NCBI RefSeq assembly: GCF_964204865.1
Contig: NC_135252.1
Span: 17,732,001 to 17,796,000, forward strand
Source of the DNA: Styela clava
Taxonomy: Eukaryota
Direction: 5' to 3'
DNA length: 64,000 nucleotides
The notes below the pieces were generated by a model, which saw only the letters and a program-made list of their open reading frames with translations, searched no databases and was not told the origin of the DNA. The position numbers were made by a program, and so were the translations under genes. Of the stretch, positions 32,576 through 46,856 are shown one piece after another. Every line of letters starts with the position of its first letter. Within the stretch, counting starts at the first letter, position 1.

Positions 32576-35234
32576 CTTTGGTCAAATATTTTTGGTTTCT
32601 ACTCTCGTAGATTCCTAAATAAGGCTATGAAATTTGTTTTATTTGAGAAGTGGTTCCAGGTACCTAATTCAACGCAAATATGATACAAGTAATATTTGCA
32701 TCTTTTGTTGTCGACTAAATGTGTGGTCCCCTAAAGACGTTAAGGAATTCACAAGATCGCAATAATACGAATGAAATCTGAATACGATCTGGCAGTTTAC
32801 CGTGCATTGCCGCCGCATCTTAGAGAAGTAATGATTTATTATTGAGTAAGTCGATGCAACGCGAGTAACACTGAACACAATTAAATTAACATAGAAGGGC
32901 ATTCTAAATGTTCGTGTCGACCATGGATTAAATGCTTTCGCAATAGAAAATCCTTACTCTATTGAACAATCGGCTCTTTTAATGAGTGGAGCAATGGTGG
33001 TGACGGTTTCAAAATACCCCCCGTTAATTCCTGGCTGACAACTGTCCTTTCTACACTCCGAAATATGTTGTCCTTGTTATTTCAACAATACTATTAACAT
33101 CTCGAGTAGAGGAATCGTTCTTTATACTTTTGGCGAAACCTATTCTGTGCCAAAATAGTTTTCGTTTAAAAAAAACTAGTCGTAGGAAGATACAACTGGT
33201 TTAAAATTGCTTCGTGCGATTCGGAAATGCCAAATATATAAATAAAACGATTACACAGTATTGGCGGCACAACGTGTAATCTCACAAACGAACAGTTGTA
33301 AATCTATGTCTGTAAGCGGCTAAATATATCTATATATCTGTCGATAGTTTTCTACAAGTATTTTATTCTATCTGGCTTGCCTGGAGCAATTTTAGAATTG
33401 TATAAAGAGATCTATATCACATATAAACATCTCACCACTGACAGAAGCCAAAAATAAAAGATGTGGACACGATCATCCCATTAAACACTTTATCAGCAAT
33501 TTTCAAAAAGGAAACATCTTGTTTTTGAGCCCATCCCATTTAAATAACATAAATTCTCTATTTCATTGAAAACACCCAATTTGTCTAGTACAGTGACTTT
33601 CAACTCGCGTTCTGTGGTTGATTTGTGAGGAACCGCGTGTTCCGCGCCAAATTGTTGTTCCCCGAATATTTGTTTCATATTTCGGCAGATTTTATTTATT
33701 TTTTTCCGTTATTCTGGTAATAAACATGAAGAACCAGTTCTCAATTTGCAATATAAGTAATGTAAGACGATTGCCATTCTAGTGCTCACTTGCCTTTGAC
33801 CTCTGAATTGATCTCATACTAACTGAAAATCTAGAATTACCAGTTATATAAATTAACAGTGTCTGTATGAAGTCATTCTGATCATCCATGACTCAAATAT
33901 TCCTAGGCTAAAAATGGATGGACTCTAGAGTCTAGAATAGATCATACTGAAAGCAGAAAATCAACCTAGCTCGGCATTTCCAATTGCCTAGGCTGGGATA
34001 TAATTTTTGGTTTTTTACTTCGAGGTGAGAAAGTCAATATGACGACTTAGTCATGTAGCGAATCCAAGTCTCTCATTTTTTTGGCTACTAGTTTGAGGAA
34101 TAATCTGAATAAATCGAATATCCCAGTCTAAGCCCCACTGGTGAGGCCCCTTGCTCTTTTACAACTAAGCGGTGGAAGACGGTACCAATGGTCCAATCAA
34201 GTGCCTGTGGCCGTTAAACAGCTGTACTGAAAAAAGCTTAGCGGAGCAGAAATAGAATATAAGGAACCACTACATTTGGTTTTAGACTGACTGATTTTGA
34301 TACTGATGTTCGTGCTATTAGAAGATTTGTTCTTATTGAAGTAAGCCCAGATATCAAGTTAAAATGTTATTGCTGTTTTCATTAACCCGCAGCCTACCTC
34401 ATTACACCTATTCTCATTATTATTTTAACGTTTTGTGCCCTGAGTTTGGAAAACTTTTATTTGCATTTTATATTATTAGAAATCAATTTGTTTTTAAAAT
34501 CAATTTGATATTCTATTAGTCTTATGTAGTCAAAGTCTAGAGTCTGTGAAAAAGGGTCGATAAAATTATTAGTTAATTGGATCATTCATTTACGAAAAAC
34601 CTAAAGTTTGCATATGTTGTTATTCGCTACAATTCATAATATAAGTGTTGCGCGATTCAGAATGGTTGAACAACGCTGTTTAAAGAATAATAGGTCACGT
34701 GCACAGGCAGGTCCAGATCATGCCTGTCATAGACCCTAAGCTTGGTGCCTTATATATAAAAAATAATAATAATGAAAGTCATGTTCTATACCATCTGAAA
34801 TTGAATAAGTAAGTTTCAGTATCCATTGCTAATTGAGGGCCAAATTACCATTAATTTGCATTGTATATATTTTTTTTTTTTAAAGAAAGTTTTTAGATGA
34901 TTATTGAAAACATTATTTCAACCGGGTCAATATTGAGGTCTTTGTCGTTGTTTCATTAAACACTAAGGCCCCAACCATTGAAAAATCGTCTCTGAAAATG
35001 TCTGAGGTGCACCCTTTTTCTTTGTGCTCTAATCACGTGCTGATTTTGGTTAATAGTTAATCGAGCACTGCCCACAGGTCTCAAACTAAATACGGAACTG
35101 TCGATCAAAGCTAACTACAAAATTTGAAGTGTTGAAATCACATAACTGATTGGTATATTGTAACGTATAAAAATCATAAGGGTTCAATTAAAATGAATGC
35201 GTTGCGAGATCGAATATTGCACAGAAGTACTCTT

Positions 35235-37619
35235 CTACATAAATAGCCCAATGGACAAGTAAAGCAAATAACACAGGATCAGTCCAATCACACTTAAACT
35301 AATCATCATCTCATTTTGCATTTGTTTGAAGATCGGGCTCCGTTTCATCAAGTTTTCCGCCAACTTCCCTCTCTCGTTCTCGTGTGGAAATGGAACATTT
35401 GGAATATCTTTGCCAAGGAATTCACACAGGGGTTTCCAACCGTCTCTCAGATCAAAGATAAGTAGACGATCCTTAGGGGCTCTCTGCAAATGTGAAACGA
35501 GATAGCGATTAGAGACCGCTGACTTATCACTCTAACATCCTTATCAACCTAACACAGACAAACAAACAAATACCTATCAACATACTTACCGCTTGCGATC
35601 AACAAGTAACGATCGCGATCGAAAAGTAATAATACATTGCGATGATTGGGAACAGCAACACATTGAGATGCGTTCAGGGGACCTTCAGATTATTTTAAAG
35701 TCCGAAAAGGTAAATCCTAACTATCTTTTGAACTTTAATTTACAACCTACTCATACCGTTAGAACAGAGTTGCAATGGTCTCGATACCGTTTTCTGGCAA
35801 CAGTCATGCTCACTCCGTAAAATGCATTCCACGGGAAGAAGTTGTAGTTGCCAAATAAAACTCTAGCTGCAAAATGAAGATATTGTCGTGATTTCTGTAC
35901 GGTATAGAAATCACTGAGTTTGGAAATGTTAAATAACAGCTTGTCGGATTGTTTTGATTAAAGGGCATTCTAAATTTGTAATGTTATCTCCGTAGATGAC
36001 AAATTTAGCTGAAAATTGCATTGATTGCCAAATCAAAATATCCAAAAACCGTCCTAAATTCGATATCTGGATATTTCTAAAGTGATGGAACGGTGGTTAC
36101 AATACAATCACAAACTGCTATTAAGAATGCTTTTCTTAATATTTTTCTATGTCGAGCAGTGATCCTCAACCTTTTTTCGTTGAATTTATCCCTTTCGCCT
36201 ATTTTAGAACCCTTTATTCCCCTCTCACTATGCAGTACCTGCAGTAGAAAGTCCGGTACTTTGCTATTCAGTTTTTAAACGATCTTTACCTAATGTTATG
36301 CGCAAATCGCACCATCGCTTTTGTACAGTTAAAGTAGTTTATAACGGGTATATAAATAAGTAATATCGCAATAATAATGAACTAAAGAATATTTTAGTAA
36401 TACTACAGCAAATACAAGGGAAGTTTCTCCCCCAAAACGGAAAAATTCTGTTCGTTGATGGAGAGAATTACGATTTGCTATCAAAGTTTTAATATTTACA
36501 GGTTTTGTTACGAACAGAATTTTCGCCTTGTGGAAGTCTGTCTACACTTACCAACGATAGAAACCTTGGTAAAGAATTTGAATCCAGTATACGATAATGT
36601 TGACAACGCCAAGAATCCCCAATTTGTATTGAACATTTTTATTTGATTAAGAAGGCTTTTTTCCCACGCTTCTTCGCTTGTTCTCTGAGAGAATATTATC
36701 TGTAAATATAGATTTAATTTAACTTTCCTACATTTAATTTACTTCCGTGTGACATTGTGGAACAGGGCTACTCAACTATTTTCACCAAAGGTTCGTTTAC
36801 GAAACTTGAAAATTACTGGGGTCCGGACATTACAGAAAATTTTATTTCATCAAATAAACGAAACTTCAAATTCAATATTTAATTAAATTCAAGAGCAATG
36901 AATGGCTCGCAAATATGGACACAAATATCGCACACCGGTACCAGTACGACAAACTGTATAGCTGTGTATTTAAATTGTATCAAAATCATTTAAAACTATA
37001 AAACGATGCTTATGCTGCTAAAATAAACGAGCAAACGAGGTCCAAATTTTATGGTCGAAAGGTCCGAATTCGGACCGCGGTCCGCCAGTCGAGTAGCCAT
37101 GTTGTAGAATACAGAAAGTAGTACTTTTTCATACTTTGGCATCAGGAAACGCTTCTGAGATTTCTTCCCAAAATACTGAAAATGGAATATCAACTCCAAC
37201 ATCGACGTTTTCGTACATTCGACGAAAATCCTCTTTTGTGCCTCCTTGCTGCAAAATCTGCATTAAATAAAGGTTATCATTGTGTGTTTCTGAGCAATTG
37301 CCCCAAATAGGATTCTGAAAATATGAGTTATTTGAATGACAAAGGAATGTTACGATATTAGAATGCCGGAAAACGACGCCGATTCCGAGTTCGGAGTAAA
37401 TAAAATAAACTAGGCGGTCTCGTATCATATTCAGCGTATATTATTAATTTTCTCTCAAGTTCGATGGGCTTGAACTCAAGTCATAATTACCTTAATCCAT
37501 TCATCTCCGACGTGATACAAATGATGTTCCCAATCATAAACTGTATATCCAAGAGTGTCAAGAACAGCAGCCATTGTTTTGGTTCCTGTTTTAATAAATC
37601 CTGCAACGATCACCTTCAT
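35235..37619 (-). CDS. P-loop sulfotransferase-like protein with C-terminal TM helix, copy B (252 aa)
   Basis: Exons 37491-37619, 37135-37257, 36552-36699, 35757-35866 and 35235-35483. Exon sizes are the same as copy A (129/123/148/110/249) and the motifs are conserved. Confidence 0.9.
36763..37101. mobile_element. hAT-type MITE in sulfotransferase B intron 2
   Basis: TIR CAGGGCTACTC...GAGTAGCCATG; TSD TTGTGGAA/TTGTAGAA; same family as 38946-39259, in opposite orientation. Confidence 0.75.
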
Positions 37620-38945
37620 CTTTGGTAAAATATTTTAGTTTTTCTCATTAATTACTGAATAATACTGGAAATGAAATAATGTAAGGATTAAATGAGGCGG
37701 ATAAGTAATAATCTATTTCTTCTGAGTGAACATTCGAAAACACGCTAAAATCGTCTAAAACTACCAAAAGTTTTTTAGTAATTATGTAACAATAGATTCT
37801 AAACTCAACTGCCTAAAGTAATTTCCAATGATTCTTCCCAGTACGAAATACGTCAATAACCACGACAATTGCAGAAAAGGCATTTTGTCATCGACAAAAG
37901 TATATTGTCAGTTAGTCGCTGTTACAGCGGTCCGTTTCCGATGCCGCAAAAAACAATTTTGGTTGATGGTGAAATGCTCAACCATTTGAAATAGCCGGTT
38001 CCTCATTTTAGAATCTATGTTGATTTAATATAGTCTGGTCGGTATGCTCCCATTTTTTCAGTTTAGGTGTGTGTGAGTGTATGCGCGCGCATGTGTGTGT
38101 GTTTGTGGGAGGGGAGGGGGGGTACTTATATTTAAGTTCGGAATTAAAGGTGGTGTAACAGCTCGAAATTATGGGAAGGGGAAAGTTTAAAAAGGTTTGC
38201 CCCCTATGGAGGAGGTGTAGGGAAATCACTGACTCTGATCGACTTTAATTACGTCAGTTACCCAAATAGGAATTTCATATCATGTACGTTGTATAACTAA
38301 CTCATCGTAAACTCGAATCGTCTAAAATTGCACACCGCCAAGTCCAAGCAATTTGGTGAATCTATACCCGAAATAATAAGTGTTACCTAAGCCCATGTTT
38401 TCGATGTAATCCAATTTTATATAATGCGCAAATTATTTCATCTATGCACTGTGTTCGTCTTTATATAAGAAATTATATAATAACGCTTCTATTGGGAGGA
38501 TTTTTATACCTTTCCCCAATTAAGTTTTCCTCATACCTTCATTAATTCTGTGAACGTTTTAAACTAATAGATATGATTACGTATTTTACTAAAACCGTCA
38601 CCGGAAAAGATAACAAGCATAAACATAGGTTCATTTCAATTTGATTATTCAAAATATTTACATATTGCGGTAGATGCCATCCTGTTATTGCCACATCACT
38701 AATTTGCTCATCTGATTTCTTTGATTTTGTATATCACAAGTTATGGTTTCGAGAGGTGAAGCAATAAAACAATCTTGCCTATCTCATCTATTGTCTACAC
38801 CTTAAGATAAACAGAATAAATAAATAAAATAGATCAGAAAATTAGTGATAGTACAAAAGTTTCTATTTTAGGCATAATCTGGGCATGCACCAACAAACCA
38901 GACCAGAAGTCAACCCTTTTGCGAGGGAATCCTAGTAGTCTATAG

Positions 38946-39259
38946 CAGGGCTACTCAACTGGCGGACCGCGGTCCGAATCCGGACCTTTCGGGTATTTGA
39001 TTCGGACCGCGCATAAATCTTCATTTTGAATCAGTAGCCCCCCTTTTAAAATTTTCTTTATAAAATCACTTTTAGAGATTCAAAAATATATATGAAAAGA
39101 ACTATAACGCCATAACAAACAATCTTGATTAGCTAATTATCATTAGTCGGCCGAGGAATTGCGTGTTTGATGCCGAAATATAATTTCTGGAAAGTCCGGA
39201 CCCAAATATTCTTGAAGTTTTGTATGCTGACCTTCGGTAAAAATAGTTGAGTAGCCCCG
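38946..39259. mobile_element. hAT-type MITE
   Basis: TIR CAGGGCTACTCAACT...AGTTGAGTAGCCCCG; perfect TSD GTCTATAG. Confidence 0.82.
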
Positions 39260-41305
39260 GTCTATAGTACCGTTTCATGACGATTTAGGTATTATCAGTC
39301 AGCGACTCACGGACAGCGGGAGAGAAACAATTAATATAACAGTGATGCACATCTTATTACAAGTTTATTACATACTTATTTTTTGTTAGCCCTGTCCTTT
39401 TAAATATTACAATTGATGCTATTCCAATTCATTACTCTGTGTTTACATATAAGAAAGCTATGCTTTAATATTTGTAGGCGAAGTTCAAGCCTCGGTGCCG
39501 GCACGGTGAAGGAAATTGACCACAAAATTTGTTGGAACGAAATTAGTTTCCATGACAGAATTAAGTGTTCTCAGATTTCATAAAAGTATCCCCACGTTCT
39601 GGGTGAAATATCCGATTCTATGAGAATTTTGAAAAATTGAAAGTTTTGTAGCGGCCTCAACCATAGCTGAAATTGTTTGGTCTATTAACCGCAAAGAAAA
39701 ACGATTTTCGCAACATACTTCACTTCGTACGTAACAAAGTCACGTGATTAGCCTGGTCATGTGCTTTCCTGATTGACTGTGATTATGAATAAGTCTAAAC
39801 TGCAGCTGCGACATTGAACCATACGTTACATATTCGTGATTCAATTCGGAGCTAATCACTGGCTTTTTTACGAGTTTACACTGAAATTCAATACGAAATA
39901 CCATTTTTACAAGTCATTTAAGAACAACAGAAAAACGAACGGTGGTACAATTTATTCAGTTGCGCATTGTAAGCGTGAGCGAGTAGATTCAATTCTTATC
40001 AAGGCATTCAGTTATTCATTAACTTTGTACAAAACATTTAGGCATACGTTCCGGCGTTTTACTATTGCGGTCGTCCCAAATTTCAGGCATTTCACAACAT
40101 TTTCAACAAGATTTGTAAGCCATGATGACAATTATAGCCGTATAACAATGGTGAATGTTATCAAATGCATATGCTACAATTTCCAACATATCTCCAACCC
40201 AACCCAAAATTTTGCTCTTTGACTGACCAACTCGGCCGCCTATGAGCAACATATGATCGGCGCTAGTTAGACAAATTAAAGTTTCCCTTCTTTTTAAGAT
40301 TGTTACTTATTTTTAAGTTGCGTGATTATTTTGTTTGATTTTCGTCAAGAAGATACACATAACCTAAATTTTAATGTTATAAAACAAAGTACGCGGGTTC
40401 CGGAGAGTCATAAATCCGATACTATTGTTGGACACTGTATTCATTATTACTCACGGGAACACTGTTTTTAGCTTATTTCAAGCAGTTCCGCAATCAAATA
40501 TCAGGCCTACATGTACGACTACTGGTAAGTTACCGCATATGGTTTTCGGGGAATTGATGATAAAATATTTAGTTTTGCCCTCCGTGTCCATATATTTGAG
40601 CATAGCTCTCTTATTATACTTTGAGGCATTCCAATCCCGGATGTTGTAAATGTTCGCCTATGACCAGACCTTAGTATTGCTTTTTCGCCAAATTCAAGCG
40701 TTTTCCGATTGTTTATTTATCCCGAACCTTAACGATCGCTGTTGCAGAAAAAGTGGACGTAACTTGCAATGAAACCGTTTCGAGCAATGAGAAAGTGTTG
40801 CAGCAAATTGTTTTTGGACTCGGATTCGAGACGAATCCACTCATATTTAGGATTCAGATTTAATATTATATTTTGCTTTTACTAATTGGCTCCTCCGTTA
40901 TGTGTGTTATCTATGTTGTATAGTCAATTATGTCAATATTTGTCGTCAAATGTTTATATAGGTCATAGGAAAACGACAAGAAAGCAAAACAAGAAATTTA
41001 CTTGTGTGTACTAGAAATAATACTAGTATGGTTAGATTTTAACTGTAGCGTTCATTAGGCGTCGGATTAAGACGACGAGGGGCCCTAGGCTGAGCGATTG
41101 TTGAGGCTTCTCTTCACAACAATGACGTCTTCTAGAACAAGCTTTTAAAATTTAATAACGGGTTAAAATTGAATGTACAAGCCACAGGCTTCAGCCTCTC
41201 TTGCCCAATGGTACATTCGGGCCTGTTTGTAGATTAAATTTATGTAAGATGTTCAGTATGATTTCAATGCAACGAACAGATTTAAAAAAGCAACTACCGA
41301 ATAAA

Positions 41306-44300
41306 ATGAAAGTAATTGTTGCGGGTTTCTCGAAAACTGGTACAAACACTATGGCGACTGCTCTTGGAATTCTTGGATATTCTGTCTATCACTGGGAGGA
41401 TCATTTTATACATTTGGAGAAAGAGTGGTTAAAAGTCAGTCGTAAATATTTATTGGCCATTTGTCTCAAACCTATTTGCAGAAAATATCGTACTATATGG
41501 GTGTGTGACACATCGTGCTGAACGTTAGGAATACGCTTGCCACCGTACCTCTGATTACCCGGCGGGGGTTCGCAGGTTCCAATCCAACGGGGATAATTAT
41601 GTGGCCGGTTCGATATATGATTAAGCCGTCTTATTGACTTTCCTTTTCTCACGATAAATATGTAAATCCTATCCTATAGGTGTCACTTCTGCGTTAGTTT
41701 TTGTACCTTTGCCTTGAGCAAATACATGTTTGAATAAGTCTGAATTGAGAATGTTAGACGTTATATACACGCTCAAATCAAATCTGTTTTAATTTTCACA
41801 TAGATATTGAACGAAGGCGGAAGAACAGAAGATTTCTATCACATGTATAAAAATGTTGACGCGGCTGCTGGAATTCCATTTTCTATGTTTTGGGAAGAAA
41901 TTTCAGAAGCGTTTCCTGAAGCCAAAGTACGTCGAACATGGGTCATTTTATTAAATTGCTGGCAATAAATTGCAAATAATAAATTGCAGATATCTGGATA
42001 CTGAATGATCTATAGAAGTGGTTCGCAACCTTTGTCGTTAAATTCCTTCCTTCGTCTATTTTTGAACTCCTTATTCTTTCATCTCTGTGGAACAGAAAAA
42101 ACTACTTTATATGTCCAATCTGCACAAGTCGATCTTCTGCTTTTGTACAATTCAAGTAGTATAGTATTAAGAATATTAGTGGTACTACAGCAAATACACA
42201 GCCAAAGCAGAAGCTCCCTGGAGCGGAACCACTCCCCGGTTGGGGAACGTTGTACCTATAAGAATTTATGATTGGAATGCAAGCAAACAAAAGTATTATG
42301 CTGATTCCCAGTAACTAATTTTACATTAGAAAAAGTTTTTTTTTCAATTATATCGACATTTTATTTGTATGATTGCAGACTGTCAATTATGATAGGTCAA
42401 AGAAAAGTAAAGATGTTCTCTTGTTATGATTCAGATAATTTTTCTCCAGCGATCAAGTGAGGATGAATGGGAAGAAAGTGCTATAAATCAGTTGAAAAAG
42501 TTTAATAAAGATTGGAAATTCCGATTGCTTCCAATCTTTTCTTACACTGGATACAAATTTTTTAATTATCTTGCGGTTATCAGTAAGTTCATTCAATTTC
42601 TACGTCTGTTTCCTTTACATTACTTTAATTTTGTTATCTCGGAAAAATTTGATACTCCTGTAGTATGCGAACCAAGATGGCGGACACCGGATCGTTGTAT
42701 GTGTACCAGGTCAGGGTTAGACCATAATTTCAGGTACAAATACTACGGGAGTCACTTGGCTAGTCCCCGAACTCGTAATAGAACTAAAATAAGGAAAATT
42801 AGAATAAAATTATGGCTTAACCCCAACCTGGTACACATACTACGTTCCGGTGACCGCCATCTTAATTAATATACTACATGAGTACCATTTATTGTCCAGA
42901 AATTTTCCTGGCAAACAGGTCGAACTCCATAAAAATTTACATGCCAGTGCAATGGTGTCTCCCTGTCAATAGCCTTGTTAAACACGAGGTGGGGCTATGG
43001 ATCGTTTTGTTATTATGTTGTTGTTGTTGTTAGTTTTTTTCTTGTTGTTGTGAATCATCGTTTTTCTCCTAAATCACTTATTCAATTGCCTTGAATTTTC
43101 AGTGGTCAACGGTTGTTGTTGTTGCTATTACTTTGATATTAGATTTGAAATTACTTCGTTTTGGCATTCGTGTCTATATATTTGAGCATTGCTTTCCTGT
43201 TTTCAAATTACACCTTTTTAATTAGCGTGAAACTATGCATTCCATATATCAGCATAATAGAGCATATTCTACAGTTGGATATTTGTGCTCATTATATTTA
43301 ATTATAATTTTTTTTAGATCGAGTTGTATATGGTAACCTTAGCGTTCTACCATGGAATTTTTGTAATGCTATAAGTCCTATCGTTGCCAGAAAAAGATAT
43401 CGGGATCATTGCTGTTCTGTCCTGACGGCAAGTGATTATTTTACTCTAATAGTTTTTACTTTGACTTATTATTCCGATGGCTGTCCAAACCTTCTATATT
43501 TATAAATTATCAAATTTATTAAATACGACCAAGCAGAGTGTCCAGAGCAGGGGTCACCAACCTTTTCGAAGCCGAGGGCTACTTTCTGGGTAAACCAGTT
43601 CAATGTACACTTCTAAAAAAGTTTAGTCGATTAAGCCTAAACTATCAATAATTACTGGTATTTAGTCAAGTAGAGACACTGATAAACTCTAGGATTCTTC
43701 AGAAAATCAAGCGATATCACAACGTTGAAATAAATTTCTATCAATGACACTTGCGTTGCATTTTAAAACTGAGTGTTTTCAAATTGGTTTTAAAGTGATC
43801 ACTACTATAATATCCTAGGAAACTGAAATGTACCTGGGTTATTTGCAAACACTCTGCACAGGCCTAAGATGAAATGGACCAAATTAACAGTTGTACTACC
43901 AAATGTTACAGAGGCGCGTTTCTTGACACTGTAACACTGAGCGAGACTTGCAGATCATCAGAAAGGCGTGTTCCGTGTTTGTTTCTGGTGAAGTAAATAT
44001 GAAAAAATGTTGATTCACAAAGATAGGTTGAACCAAACAATAGTCTCAATATAAACCCAATATTTGTCATCGTCAGGGGCAGCCCTGCCTTTACGGCCGA
44101 CCAGCAGCAAAATTTCACCTGCCATTGGTTTTCAATTCGCTGCCGCTGTAACGGCAGCTCTCCATTGGTGTGTGGCAGCTAAAAAGTCTGTCGCCGTGGG
44201 TTTTGGCTTGGCCATAGCGGGCCATGGTTCGGGAATACCGCCGTGGTTTTGCGGCAGATTTAGACGCAACAAAATACTTAAAACTGAACTTGAAAAAACG

Positions 44301-44920
44301 CGTATTAGTGGAAGGTGATATCTGTGTGATGACATAATTGGAAGACTATTGAATGACCCGTCACATTGCTGAGGTCAAATCAGGTTAATTGTTACAAAAA
44401 TTAATATAGTGCCAAACACTTCCCACACGGTTCCCATATAAGTGTGATTAGTACAAGAATAGCAGAACAAAAATTAATTGATGTAGCTTACTGATAAGCG
44501 CCGTTATTGCTAAATCTGTAACATCCTCTGAACACCCATTGATTCACTATAAAATTTTCCGGCTCTGACATTTTAATTTTAGGATTCATTTATTTATTAT
44601 TCACACTTTTTTATTAATCTTGGGATTTGACTTGATAAACGAACAACTTATACACGTTCATCAATATATGATTTCAGAGAGCGCCAAAAGATCGTTTGCT
44701 AATCTGCGACCTGAAAAGAGGCTGGAAGCCGTTGTGTGAATTCCTGCAGAAAGAGATACCTGATACTCCTTTTCCACACGAAAATAAAAGAGGAACACTG
44801 GTTAAAACTGGGACGGAAAGAAATGCAATGTTTAGAAAAATGCAAACTGAAATGATATTTAGCTTAACTATTATTGCAGTGATAGTTTGCACACTATTTC
44901 TTGTACTCCTATTGCAATAA
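41306..44920 (+). CDS. P-loop sulfotransferase-like protein with C-terminal TM helix, copy C (250 aa, most divergent)
   Basis: Exons 41306-41434 (MKVIVAGFSKTGTNTM), 41804-41926, 42435-42582, 43318-43427 (GC donor) and 44678-44920. 753 nt, in frame. Confidence 0.88.
41520..41677 (+). mobile_element. Possible tRNA-derived SINE fragment
   Basis: B-box-like GGTTCCAATCC; 3' ATCCT repeat tail; TAAGCCGTCTTAT also found at ~20181. Confidence 0.35.
42651..42886. mobile_element. Palindromic GG-ended MITE (~235 bp)
   Basis: Imperfect ~80-bp TIRs containing CCAAGATGGCGGACACCGG; same family as 46633, 49481 and 54987. Confidence 0.8.
43548..44120 (-). mobile_element. Decayed hAT (Charlie/GTF2IRD2-like) transposase remnant in sulfotransferase C intron 4
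   Basis: TIR-like CAGGGGTCACCAACC at 43548. ORF 43906-44118 contains LFGSTYLCESTF...NKHGTRLSDDL, typical of the hAT C-terminal dimerisation region. Right end not defined. Confidence 0.7.
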
Positions 44921-46632
44921 TACGTGGATGACTCATAAAAATAAGATGTGTTGAAGCGAGATAAACAATAGTTATCTAAGAAAATGTTTTTAATTCATCT
45001 TTCAACTCAAAATCTCTTTCTCGCGCATGAACTAAAAACAAAAGGTTCATGCAAAAAAATATGGATATTAGAGAGGTCTAGGTTACGGTTTTATATAAGC
45101 ACAACTTTCCTATATATTGCTGTGCATAAACACAGTTACGACTCGTTAATCATTGACTTCATCAGAAATACCATGTTGCAGGCAATTTGTTTGAGTAAGA
45201 CTTTTAACTATATTTAACACTGCATAAAGCAGTTTATATGTTATACCATTTCACAGTAACTTATTGCAGTCATTCCCCATAGACATACTATTGTACTATA
45301 TTTGAAAATTAATTTAAGCGACACAGCATAACTCCATAATAGATAACATATTCATTCAGTATTAAACTTAATGTGCAATACACCAATATCCGTTAATTCC
45401 AATGTGACGATAACGATAGAATGCTCGTTTATTTGATCTTGAGTATTCCGTGAATATGATAGGCATGTTGCAAACACCGTAAATCATCCAACACCGTTGT
45501 TTCCTAGTATTTAAACACAACTTAATAATGAACATGGTACTTTGCAGACAGCTGTCACGAACCATAAATTTTCAGATCGCGTAATAAAAGTTATAAGAAA
45601 GTAGAGAAAGAAGTGGTTTGTTTGTTAAATTTGTTCCTTCGCCTATATTGGAACTTCGTTTTCTTCCCTCAAATTACATGATAACTACTTCAATTGTTCA
45701 ATCCTTAATGAATCCTTAACAATGAGTCCTATACTCACGCTTTTGTACAGTTTAAGTAGTTTATGTGTGTACAAATAAGCATTGTAGTAACTATAATAAA
45801 GAAAGAAGGTATGTTCGTATAGGTGTACCAAAGCAAATACAGAAACCATATATATATAGTCAATTCTAGTTTTCTGGAAAGGCGCGGTTTGTGATGGAAA
45901 TTACCCACGGAAGATGTCTTCGGGAAGAAAACAATTCACCATTAGAGCTTAGACGGATGCGTTTCGGGTAAAGAATGAAGTCTGTAACTGAATAGAAAGT
46001 ACCGACAGTAAAAAGAGAAAAGACTGTCATAAAAACAGGAAGTCGATAATAAGTGAGGGCATTCAAGACAGAATTCACACGACTAATATATATTGGATGG
46101 ATATGGGATAGCACATTTAGGGCTGGGAATAGTTAACCGGTTCATCAGTTCACCGTTTTAGTTGCCTAACGGTCACGATTAACTTTGAGCGCAAATCGTC
46201 ATCCAAGGTAGCACTCGATTTCTAATGTAAATTATAGGAATAAAAATTAATTCGCACGGAATTGTGATGCGGACATCAACACCAACGGCGGTTAGCCGGG
46301 TAACCGATCAATGTGTGAAATGACCAGTATATATATATATATATATATAGCCAATTGCTTCTCTGTTTCGAATAATCATGAGTGCACTTGATTCAAGTAT
46401 ACAATACAGAAATGTTTAGCTAAAGCTGGTGAGTCCGCATGGTCAGTAGACCTATCACGTGCAATACAGACTAGGAAAGGGTAACGAGCAAAATTGGCAG
46501 AAACCTTGGTGAAACGAAGCCCGATCTTTAACAGATAAAAAATGGAATGATGGTGTGATTGGACCGATCATATGTTATTTTGGTTTTACTTGTGCATAGG
46601 ACTTGCTGTAGTATCACTATGGTACAATATTT

Positions 46633-46856
46633 GGTACTCCCGAAGTATGTGAACCAAGATGGCGGAGACCGGAACGTAGTATGTGTACTAAGTTAGGCCA
46701 TAATTTCAGGTACAAATACTACGGGAGTCACTTGGCTAGTCGCCGAACTCGTAATAGAACTAAAATAAGGAAAATTTGAAAAAAAAATATGGCCCAACTG
46801 GTACACATACTACGTTCCGGTGTCCGCCATCCTAGTTCACATACTTCGGGAGTACC
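46633..46856. mobile_element. Palindromic GG-ended MITE
   Basis: GGTACTCCCGAAGTATGTGAAC...GTTCACATACTTCGGGAGTACC termini. Confidence 0.85.

Noticed and set aside
42583-42869. Extension of the 147-aa ORF at 42426 as a sulfotransferase C-terminus
   Set aside because: It reads through the exon 3 donor (42583 gtaagt) into an intronic MITE.
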